DNA of 64,000 nucleotides from Iphione sp. A-MEVVRFRX5 (lineage: Eukaryota): contig OZ320313.1 of the NCBI GenBank assembly GCA_976226885.1, positions 121,396,001 to 121,460,000 on the forward strand, read 5' to 3'. The notes beneath the pieces are model-generated. The model worked only from the letters and a program-made list of their open reading frames with translations, was not told the DNA's origin and made no database searches. This document shows, one piece after another, positions 27,129-39,100 of the stretch. How positions within the stretch are numbered: position 1 is the stretch's first letter; each line of letters opens with the position of its first letter. Both the position numbers and the translations under genes were made by a program.

Positions 27129-30100
27129 GGAGATTACCGAGAGATTTACCTGTGGTTGTGATGGAGGACATTATGGCACCCGGATCGTTCAAATCTAATC
27201 GATGCACCTGTTCGGTTACTGCTACATAGAAAGCAGCGCAGCAACCAAAGTGGACGTACATGTATATTGACATATACAATATACCTACGTTTATATGTAG
27301 GCCTAACAAGTAATCGAAGTCAATGGTTATTCCCAGACCGCATGTTACATATCACTACTAAAAGCTACCTATACCATACTCTCCAACTTTACCTATTATG
27401 TTTGTATACTGTCGCTTCTGACTGCTATCCGTGCATATCACGAATCTGAACCATTTCAGTGAGTAAACCCCATGGTCAGCGCAATGTTCGGCCAGGAGAG
27501 GCTGTTGCGTGACTTGAAGCTTCACTTATACGTGTGGAAGGGACATCCACATTTACTCTTACTTAAAACGTATGTTATAGAGACAATTTAATGCACCCTA
27601 TTATCAACGGCGGGCACGTGCAGCGTCCGTACAGCACTTTGTTCCTCATTGGACGGATTTAATTGTATAAATTGATAAATCTCGTGACATATAGTTCATC
27701 CTAACATCCAAGGTTTGCGATGTAGAGTTCAATACATTCCAATACTAACTGGTAATGATTTTTTTATCAGATGATAGAAAAGGAAACACTCATCTGTACT
27801 CTTTGAATGTGAATCGATCGGAATTTATTGCTATGGTTATCGCAGCGAATATATGCCGAGCTGCACTGCACTCATGCGAACTGTCAATTCAGACTTTCAG
27901 CAGTAAAAAGGACATGAACCACGATCGATTGTTACATCTGTGGCAGCGAAAGAAAACTAACGCGTCTTGCAACGATTGCAACAACAGCTAATCAGTAGCA
28001 GATTGGCATGGTCCATCTTGCAAGGCATATTGCTTTGCGAGATCTCTATCGCTGAAACACAAACTACGTTTACGAAGTTGCGAGAGCCTACAAGTTACTC
28101 CACAAGCAAGCCTATGCTGGCCGGCACTTTTAACGTGTTGATTTATATAGACCTTGTTTAAAAGGTAGGAGAACTATTCCAAGTACTTGCAATTCGTATT
28201 GTGCGGTTCGTCGCCATATAACTACGGTGGATCCTCTAAATTGGCTATTGTCGCTAAGATCTCTATTTTAGTTTTATACTGCCGTTAAATAATGCATGAA
28301 ATGTCCCATCTCAGAGTAAACAGCAGTGCACGTATACATCTAAGACTGTACAACCAAGTGGGAACCTAACAACCAGGAATATTTACTTGTGTTATCAGAT
28401 GTACCACTAGACTGCAGCTAGCGTTGAGTACGACGCTGAATGTTTGAGTGGAGAAAGCTTTCAGTGAACAATAAGAAGTATTAACAATTCAACCATGCTA
28501 CCCCACCACGGCATACAATTGTAATAGCTGTGCTGAAAGGTCTATATTGTATATGCATATCTGAAGGGAAATGGTGCCATGTTCTGAATAAATGACATCG
28601 CACGTATTTGAAATCCAATTGCCCAGGCCTCAGTCTCCCAGGGTGAATAGCCCATCTCAATCACTGTCAAGTTAGAACGATTTAATCAATTGTCAATAAA
28701 CAATTAAACATAAACCAGTTTAGCAATGGCTCTTCGTTATGAGATTAGGTGTGTGAGATGCAGAGGGGTCTGAAGCCAAGTGCCGTAAAAGTGAAGCCAC
28801 TTGGATATCTCGTAATCAATTTACCATACTGAGGACTCACTATATACAGTGATGTTAGAAACCTAGAAGTGAAAGGTTCTATTTACAACAGGTTATATGT
28901 GAAGGACAGTGGGATAATAAAGAATACAAATTAAAAAATTGCACTTATTTGCAGTAATTGTCTATATCTCCAAACTAGGATTAATCGCTGAACTTTGAAG
29001 TAACAGGTACCACGGACGTCACTTTTACTAGTTATGTAGTCATAATTAGAATCGACAAATCAAATCGCTTAACATTGTGACGATGTCACAATTTGGTGAC
29101 AATTTTGTTATTCAACCATTGGCGTCACCATGTGCCATGTCATCAAGATGATGCACAGTCACGATACCTGTCAATCAATATGTTCTTTGACCAGTGATGC
29201 AATATGGTCAATGTAATGTATCACAAATGGTCAGTCCACACAAACAACATTCTAGTCACAATGTTGCTCACATATGATCACATTAGAACTATGATTGTTA
29301 TATGTCATTACATGGTTATGTAAATGTATGGACATGGCTTCCTGATAGTACCGCGATGTGTTGACTGACTAGCCCAAAGTACAGAATTACTTGGGAAGGT
29401 GTAGAACAGCCTACTTTGGTTATGGATGCGAAATAGTCCTGTTTTCAGTGATGAAGGGAAATGGCGGCCGCCTGTGGTGTCTCTTTCGCCTCCTAACAAG
29501 TGAGTCACGTTCCGCACGACAGAAAAGTTGCAAGGAAAAACAATGACTGCTGCCAATTCTTGTTGCGGTTGTAATCACGGCGTTCATGTTATAAAGCTGA
29601 GATCTTGGGAATCAATGTCTCACAGGTCTTCTTGATGAGCGAAGCTAAAAACGCTCCTTGTGCGAGCTTGTCTTTTCGCAATCGTACACTTGGAATTGGA
29701 CACTCGACCAGAGGGCTTGCTATCTTGATGAGCAGAAATTGTTCCTAGCCGAGCAAGCCTTCGATATAAAAAATGGCAAAAAATGCATTAACAATTTTTG
29801 TTCCGAATATGAATGATAAATAGCATACGAGATACTGAGCAGCTTCTATGTTCCATTGTCACATGCTTGATTTTGCTGTCTTTCACCTACAGACAAAGGA
29901 CGGCTTTTTCTTCTTTCCTCCTTCCAACTTCTTCCTTAGTGCAAAAGCATCACTGCAGTTCCCGCGAGGATCCTTCAGGAACGAAAACCTGATATTCACT
30001 GATATGAAATCTGCTGCTATTTGTTACACGCCGAGAAATGTTTGATGATTCAAGGAAGAACCTCCCCCTATGACAACTAATCAAGTTCTGTTTATTATCC

Positions 30101-33100
30101 CTCTCAAGTTGTCGGAGAATCAGAGGCAGCTAGCTGTTTTGTGTGTAGAGAAGACCTGACCCCAGCTACCCCGCTAACCCGTGTTAGATGTATCCCTATG
30201 TCACATAATGTCAGGCATTTTGATGAATGAGATGGTAGGCTTGTCAGCCCACTGGCACTGCAGAGGACGCCAGTGGCGCCGTCAGCGGCGGCCCTGGGTA
30301 ATGAATGGGTGATTGCACTGGTGATTGACCTGGCCAAACTCTAGCCTACAAAGATGGAAAGGCCTTTGTCTTCTTTCCAATCTGCTAACAGCAAGACAGT
30401 GCGAATCATCAGAGAAGGCCCATTCAAATTTCAATATTGATGAATTTGATACATTATGGCCTGTTGAAAAATATTGCGATGACCTATAAGGCCATAGGTA
30501 ACACTTCCGTAAAGTAAAATCTAACAAATTTGGTAATATCATAATTATAGTGACCATATCCTGTTCGTGGCTGAACTGCATAAGACGTCACAGTATTCTC
30601 CGTGTGAGCTTTGTCAATAAAATATTTTTAAAAAAGATAATTTCCTCACTATAGAATCTACGCCTACCAACCGGCGGACCCCTTCTGCAAAGTTCGATAT
30701 CGGAGCTACGCGGAGTTGATGGATGACATCCTAGCCGAGCTTTGAGTTGGGTTGGAATGTGCCTGGGGAAAGCAGATATCATTACCCCTGCCTTGAGACA
30801 ATGTTTTCAGGTGCCGCTGCTGAATGGGGATCATTAGGACCGGCAAGCTGCATGGAATGCACGAAACGAGCACATTTGTATCAGTTATTACAAGGACTCT
30901 GCAGAGTTGGGTCTAGGGTGACTTGGAAGCAGATATTGGCTGGGGGGCGTGGAAGGGGGTGAGGAATTGGAGACCATGGGCGTCCAGTGTCGACCTCGCC
31001 TCCTGTCGATATTCATGTAAGGCTGGAAGGATTGCTGGCTGCAGAAACCACCGAACGGGTAGCAGTGATGAACAGATGGTGCGTGGTCAGTTGGAGAACA
31101 AGATTAAACGGGCCAAGGGAACGTTTTCGTGTTGCCACTCTCGGCTGCGTGACTGGGAGAGGAGGTGACGAGGGATAGTGGTTGTTGCACGCTCCTGGTT
31201 CTCGCGGCAAGGTTACCTGTGTACTATGCACATTTCCTTCTGACGCTAAGTCCGTCGTGTGTGATGCGTCTAGCCCCAAAAATAAAGTCAAACGCGATGC
31301 CTAATCCATGTTAAATAAAGAGGAACGCGCCTACGAATATTCAAATGAAGTATTATGGGGGGCTTTTGTGATGTATTGCTGGCATCAAAAAAGGCAATTA
31401 CAATATACATGCTGTCAAATGAGGAGATATATCTTGTGCAGTTGAATTGCTGATAATGGGGAGACCACAGCATTCTTAGAGGATAGAAAATACATTTGAA
31501 GCATGTGAAGCGAAATACTAATTAGCCTATAAACAAGGGCTAGGTGGCAGCACAATTATCTCATTAATCAATACCGCACAAAAGGCGTTCGACGGTTACA
31601 ATGTTGATTGGATCTGTAAAATCTAGTGGTGGGACTTGGTGCCCTCAAGCTTCAATAAAGGGACCATCTCGAGCACCCTCACTAATATAACGCAACATAA
31701 CCATAAGGAACAGGGAAGTATGAGTGTCATTCTCCATGAGAGAGATGCAGGGCCAATCCGTCCTATTTATTAATTTTTTTGTCCACTTTCTTCCTCTGGT
31801 TTTCAATAATGATAAAGATGATGTGAAGAATTTTGACCAATTTGATGAGTTTTACAGTTCTTTGCTGAATTTCCATGGAGTTTCTTGTTTTTCTACTAAA
31901 TTTATCAAAAACATGTACTACGAAAACACAAATTTAAGGAAATTCAACCTTGGAAACTCTTTTTAGGTAGGGTGAGGTTTTACTAGGCAGGGGTGGGTTA
32001 CCAGAAACACACCTATTTTGGGGGGGGGGCCTTAGAAGCCAATAGAAGATTCACTTTTGCAAATAGGCCTATCCATGCAATAGAATAAGACCTGCATTGT
32101 GGTGAATTTACAAATAAATAAATTTTCATTCTTCTTCAACACACAATCATACAGCCATGAATCACTGTACAATCATATCACAACAGCCAAGTATTGAACC
32201 AACAAAAGCGGATTCTGGGGGGAGAGGCGGCGGAAATACTTTTCCATCAGTCTAGCTAATATAAGAAAGCGATTACTTTCGAGGTGATGGAACAGAGTCT
32301 GGCTTAGCATTATTGATGGAGCAAAGGCTTTAGGAACCTCTAATAGGCACACTGTTGGTTATTTTTCAAACGGACCTTGGTGGAGCCATGTTTCTAGTGC
32401 TGGCTTAGTGTAAATATATAGAAATCTATTCCACCCTTTGCCTACCTGCCTCTATGTTGGGCAAGTTTTAATTGGAGACATCTTGACCAAGGCATGTTTT
32501 CATTTTAAGTGTTAAGTTTGGGTTACTTTGGTGTTAAGAATTTTAAAATGGCATGTCTACACTGCCTCACAAACAGAGATGCAATTAAATTATATTGTAT
32601 TGTCCTTAGCATTGTATCCAGTTATTTGCATCATGAGACACACCATAAAAGCACTTATACCTGGAAGGCAGGCAGTTAGCATGGTTACCTCCGAACCCTT
32701 AATTTTAATGTGACGTGGAAGGTTAAAGGTTGCATTTGTGAGTGGGTAATGAGGAGGAATAGCCACTTCAAGCCAGACACAGTTTGATGTTTTTTTTCTT
32801 TTGCCTTCATGACGACATGATCAACTTTCTTGCAAAGTAGGCGAGCACAACGTTTCGACATCCTTTGAGACTCGCGGCCGTTATTCGTGTCACCCGCCGT
32901 GTGTTAGAGTGCGGTCGCTTATGTGGTGCACTGTTATTTCACAGGATTAGAATAACGTTAAAGCAGGTGTTTCGCACATTCCTTTGCTCTTCAGCTCACA
33001 TATCCTCGCTTGTTAGCTTTAGAGAAAGCGACCTTATCTCTAGCCTTGTAGAGGAATATCATTAAGGTAGCTAGCCATGTTTGATGATGCAGGAATTATG

Positions 33101-33324
33101 GAACACAATGAATGGACCTGACGTGCGGAAATCGTGTTAATGGACTTGTGTTTGGAGAAGACTTTCGTCTGTTTGTTACCAGTGGGCCAAATTAAATAGA
33201 GTGCCATATTTTATGCTTAGAAATGCATTAATACTAAAGAGAGCCTTTAGAGAACCCATGACTAACAAAACTGTGAGCCCAATCTGACTAACCTTGAAAA
33301 GTTCGCTTTAATGGGCTTCACTCA

Positions 33325-33558
33325 GCAATAGAACTCAATAATTCTTCTAAGTTACTCAAAAACGACAGGAAAAAGAGTGGATCCTACGATTCATATTTTT
33401 AGAAATGATAACCCACATGTACGGGTGATATTTACATCCGCGCAATAGAACTCAATAATTCTTCTAAGTTACTCAAAAACGACAGGAAAAAGAGTGGATC
33501 CTACGAATCATATTTTTAGAAATGATAACCCACATGTACGGGTGATATTTACATCCAC
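33325..33558. repeat. 117-bp tandem duplication (2 copies)
   Basis: GCAATAGAACTCAATAATTC... starts at 33325 and again at 33442. I see two substitutions between the copies (gattcat/gaatcat, ccgc/ccac). Confidence 0.95.
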
Positions 33559-35391
33559 GCACCCCTTCATTATCGCATTTTTGAGATGATAGACTTGACC
33601 CTTAGACTATCAACAATATGATAATTGTAGTTTAAAATCTGAGAATATGTAATTGCTTCATTTGCTGTGAATATTGTGTTGTTTTGTCTTCTGACTTATT
33701 TTCCTATTTACAACGGATTGTACAACACCATAAAGTATGTTGTGAAACAATTCTTTGTCCTCTCAGAATCTAATTGGTTGATGTTATTATGTCCCTTAGG
33801 GTAAATTGTTTAAATAGCATTCGGCACCCTGAGTAATATAAATTGGTTTTATAAGAATATAATTTCCATGAGCTGTAACTTTATTCCAGGTACCATCTGC
33901 CATGGTATATCGACAATATGCAACATGATTTGTATGCATTAGTTAAAGTATGAGTACCATACACCATACACAATATAATGTATAAGTTTATGAATACAGT
34001 ATAGAGTGTGAGCTGATACAAGAACTTAAACTAATTTAAACAAAACACCCTGTAATTGTACAATTTGTTGACTACCCCTAGAAGCATGGGTCCATGCCTA
34101 TTTAACTGTTGTTAGAGGATTAAGTCAAGATTCTTATACCGAGTCGATAGATGAGGTATTTTTTAATCCCCCCCCGAACAAGAAGGTTTGGGATGGGATG
34201 CATTTTGGGAATCCCCCCCCCTAATTTCTTCAATAAATCATATATATTATGTTTTGTAACCCACAATATCATAAATAAACTAAAAATTATAGAAACAAAA
34301 CCCAAAAGTCTAATGAATAAACTAGATGGTCATGCCACAAACAAATTGGCTCGGGATGCAGCGTGCTAGGTAATTGAACTGATACAAAGGGGATCTGGCC
34401 GACTTTTCCGTGGATTAATCCCTGAATGAAAGAAAATCCCTCAAAACTACTTTCTGGCATTCGAAGAGTCCTGTAAAGTTTGTGCGGACATTATAAAAGC
34501 AGTGTTCTATGTACAGTGCAATTCTTGTGTCAGGACTGAAAATGGCAGATGAAGCGGCAGACCTTTCTCTGGATGAAATCACATTATCTCAGTTGGAAAT
34601 TCCTTTGGAAATAATGGACAATCCAGGAACTCCACCTAGAACATCTAATCCTTATGAGGAAAAGGAAAAATCACATGATTATGTGAAATGTCACTGAAGA
34701 ACAATCTAAAGAGAATACTACTTCAAAGAGATGTAAAACCATTCCAGTGGCAGCAGGTAAGGAAATATTATTATTTTGAGCTATTAATTTCATTTCATTT
34801 ATGTATACCCTTCTAATTGTTGTCATCAGATATGTGTGGTACTTATCAAATTACAACAGGGCCATGGAAAATATATTACTCTTACAGAAAAAAACAGCTG
34901 CACTCCATTGAGTAGCCACACCCGCCATGCAGTGTAGTCAAGCCCCCTATATCTCAGCGTATAGCAGCAGGCACTCAACCAGGTACAGATCTATGTAACA
35001 CAATTCAGTATAGTATAGGTTTGTGTATGTTTATAGCATTTCTGATTTCTGATGTTTCAATTTCTAATTACACTGTAATAATGATATACATGTTTGGATT
35101 GCAAGAATTTTATAATGAATGTTTCAGAAGTACCATCTCAGCCTTGTAACTCTGAACAATTCAAAGTCGTTCAGACTAGTCAGCAACTACAGGATCGTAT
35201 CAAAAAGAAGATCCCTAAATCAACTTGGTCTGCATCATTGTGGGCTGTCACCATTTTTCATGAATGGAGATTTTGGTGAAATTGGCAAGAAGGCCGTTTA
35301 GACGATCCAAACTGGCCTAGTCCTTCATTGCATTTCAAGGATACCTCTCCACTGGATTATTGGTTATCTCAATTTATTATGGAGGTGACCT

Positions 35392-36185
35392 CCCAGCTAA
35401 CACACAACATAACTACAATGTTTTAGTTTGGTTAGGTTAGGAAAAAAACCTTGACAAAACATTGTATAAATGTTAGATCATGACCTTCAGGTAACATTAG
35501 AATATAACGTGTCTACAACATTGTAGTTTGGTTAGGTCAGAAAAAGACCTTCACACAACATTGCATAAATGTTAAATCACAACCTTCAGATAACATTACA
35601 TAATAATACATGTGTCTATAACATTGAAGTTTGGTTAGGTAAAAAAAGGTTTTTATAAAACATATAAATGTTAATGGGCTTAAGTCATATCAATTAAAGT
35701 GTCAGGCCTAGAATATTGAAATAAATCACAACCTCCAGTTAACATCACATAATAACATGTCTTCAACATTGTAGTTTGCTTAAGTTAGAAAAAAAATAAA
35801 ACATATAACTGTTAATTGTCCTAAATCATAAGTAATATCAGGATGAAACAGGCCTAGAATATTATAGTTTGGCTCATTATGTCTCTAGAGTGTAGTTTGG
35901 ATATATTGGACAATGAACATAAGGAGTTCTTAAAAACATTTTATAAGAAGTCAAAATAGCTAAGTGGGTTAGGAGGTGGACTTAGAATTTGAGAAAGTGG
36001 GTTCAAATCCCCCAGTGCCAGGTGACATTTTTTAATTTTGTCAAGGTGTCAGGAAAGTTTTTTGTTCTGACTTTGTAGACACATTTTTAAAAAACTTCAC
36101 CTTTTTATGTTGCTACAATGTTATACAATAACGTTACCACAACCAAAATGCAATGTTGCCACAATGTATCCCAGACAACTCTGGG
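35392..36185. mobile_element. CCCAG...CTGGG-terminated non-autonomous insertion with internal ~100-bp repeats
   Basis: Begins CCCAGCTAACACACAAC (35392) and ends CTGGG (36185). GTTTGGTTAGG recurs at 35426, 35526 and 35629. It splits the Crypton coding sequence. No TSD seen; superfamily unassigned (CMC/EnSpm-like ends are possible). Confidence 0.6.
35956..36021 (+). other. tRNA-like (SINE head) sequence inside the insertion
   Basis: A-box-like TAGCTAAGTGG (35957) and B-box-like GGTTCAAATCC (~35999-36010) with tRNA-like spacing. No convincing cloverleaf. Confidence 0.45.
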
Positions 36186-39100
36186 ATAGTAGGATCATCA
36201 ATACCATTATTGCCGAAGGACTCTGATATGGAGTCTACTTCTATAATTGCATGGTTTTGGGTTTAGGGCCCGTGATGAGCATTCAAATCTTGATGTCACG
36301 CAGTTTTCCTTGAATTATGAAAATGAGAGCTACAAAGAGTATTTGGTGTGCCATGGATGTCTGTCCAAGCAGGTAACTGGAGCTAGTGACTGTACATCTC
36401 TGCCTAATATGGTCAGGCACTTGTCCACACCCAACAACCCATGCATGTTGTATTGTCAATCTAGTCAAAAAGTTCCTTGAGGAGGTGTCAAGAGAAGGAA
36501 GGTTCTATCGAAGACCCCTACTCAATTTAGAGGCTAAAATCTCCTTTTCCATGCAATGCATAAGAATTCATACTCTGGAGAAGTATTTGGCTAGAATCTG
36601 TAAAGAGACAGGAATCAATTTTGATTGTCGACACATTACAAGTCATTCAGGCAAGGCAACTTGGTGTACTCGATTGTTTGAACAGGGTATCGATGAGCAA
36701 GCAATAGCTACTAAATCAGGGCATAAATCTCTAGCAATAAGAAATTATAAAAGAGAATCATCTGCCTTGCAACAGCGAGTTGCAGTGATATGTTACAGCC
36801 ACCCCCGCCCAGCAAATCAAGTGGGCCAGAGCAGAGAGATGAATTGAATGCTTGATTCAATTTAGGTTTGGATCTTTGGGACAATGAAGATCCTCAACCT
36901 GTGGCACCTCCCCCAATCCAGCAACCATTCAGAAATGTCCTCAGGTGCCACATGAATCTGACAAAGGAACACTTACTGTTGTAATTCCAAAAGAAATTAC
37001 TATGTAGTTAAATGAGGAGACAATATCAATTTGATTGAATAGACTATCAAAAATGTCTTAACCCAAACAACACATATGACTATGGTAACAGCATTTGTCA
37101 AGCAATAAATTATTGGAAGTTCACCATATTAGCCTTTTTGTTCAATAAATATATGGCCTTTTTACACCAAATTGAAATTTTCAATATGTCTCTTTGCAAA
37201 GATATTATGTCAAATACAATGATTATGTTCTCCAAAATACAGAAAATCAAATACTTAATACCATTGAGAATACTTATGTAAGTTACGCAACCATATCTCT
37301 ATAGTCCTATGGAGACGAAACTCAGTAGCTGAATGGATATGACCACCGATTGACAACACCCGCTGTAGGAGTTCACATCCCCAGTGGTGCTACACACGCG
37401 GAAAAAGTTCTCGACCCCGTAGTGAAGACAATAAGAACAGAAACGTAGCCAGAAAAATAGCAACCTTACAACAGCGGAAAACTACAGTACAGATATGGAT
37501 ATAATGGATTCGGGGGATAATAGGAACATAGAGAGAAAAGGTCGGCAAGGGTGGTCTAATACTAGGTTAATGTTTATTTTCATTGTTTCATGAATTGCAC
37601 AACTGCGATATCATCACCTGTTTTTATGTGAATGCTCAGACGAAAAACATGAATGACAGACTACTGAACACATGTAATTCTTTCTGAAAAAGAACCCATC
37701 TGATATATTTGATAAATGTACCACGCCGCTGTATGGTCTCTAAAATAAGGCTGTGACAAATTACAAGGGTTTTTTGTGCTCCACCTCTTTGCTTTCAAGA
37801 CTTATCCTTGAATGGTTTAATGCAAATGTATACACAACGGGGCCTTGTCGACACCCCCCCCCCCCTCCATGCCAAACATGGTATCCCCAGGTTTTCAATG
37901 AGGTGACCCGATATCCCATGGTCGTATCGTTCCCTACGTTCTTGTACAAAATGTCTACTGGCTTGATGTGAACATCAAAGGGAATTGCTGTTGAAATAGC
38001 ACAATACCTTTGCATTTGTCACACTTTTATTGTTGTTTGGGGTCCACCGTAGGTCCCTTCCTACCTCATAGTCCTCCGTTTTGCCAAAGGGAACCAGCTG
38101 ATGGAGGGTAGCAAAACCCTAAGAGTCATAGCGCGGATGCCACGATTTCTTTCCGATTCGATACATTTCGTCATGGATAGAATCGATGTTTTAACCCCTT
38201 AACCCCTCTCCACAAACAAGTTGTATTTCTTTACTTTATTTAATCAACTTGCAGTATTTTATCGAAATGGCTGTGTCACCGAAATTTATCTCATCATCAC
38301 GGTGAATATAGTAGCTCGTATCTCGGTACTCCTATTACCAAAGGCGGCCTGTTTACGGCAGCGTTCTGTGGACGTTGTTGGTATGAAGTTAACTGAACAC
38401 CTACTAATGTAAATTCTTCACACCAGCCATGCATTTTACAGAAGTCCATTTAAAACCCAGTAATGGCTCCGTGCTTAAGTCGGAGTAAATCGAATTGTCC
38501 TTTTTATCCTATACCTGCCCTGGATCCATGTTGTTTATTACCTCACAACGGATGTGGGTTAAATTGTTTTACTCCTACTTTTTCGCACGGATTCAATTAA
38601 TTTGCCCTTTTTCCATTTCACTCCATCTTTATTTGATCTAAGTGTTCAACTGGTCTTTGCCTGATCTGTGTGGTAAAACATTTCATCTTTCCTCTGCTCA
38701 ATGGGAAAAAGCGGACAACATCACCGAAAGCTAATTTCATCCGAATGAGCTGTTCATACTTTTTAATACCTGTAAGACATTCAGCAATTTTTTTTGCTTA
38801 ATTTATAAAAAAAATAAATATTAGATAGATTGTATGAGCTGGCGCATTGCATGTTTGTCCAGTGTGTCAAAGACATTGTGGTCTTTTTGCCATGGACTTG
38901 TCACGTACACAGCAAAGACATCGTCTTCTCATTTAAAGCTTCGTCGCTATTACCCTGATGGTTGCAGGATGTTGTGTTCCTCCTTAGGGGGGTAAAACTA
39001 CTAAACATAGAAATTACTTTGTAATTTCGGATACAATACCAGGTAGTTCTGTGTACATTCTTGGAAATAACCGACACTGAAAGCGGGATGATTTACCAGA

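Larger units (their letters stand above)
34542..36847 (+). mobile_element. Decayed Crypton (DUF3504-type tyrosine recombinase) gene with an intron, interrupted by an insertion
   Basis: IPKSTWSASLWAVTIFHEWRFW and LDYWLSQFIMEV (35210-35390); AEGL*YGVYFYNC..FGFRARDEH (~36210-36285); ITSHSGKATWCTRLFEQGIDEQAIATKSGHKSLAIRNYKR (ORF 36386-36847). Candidate intron from GTAAGG at 34757 to TTTCAG at 35127. Element ends not located. Confidence 0.85.

Noticed and set aside
33325-33558. CRISPR-like interpretation of repeats here or at 52946-53077
   Set aside because: Eukaryotic context, too few units, no regular repeat-spacer array and no cas genes.
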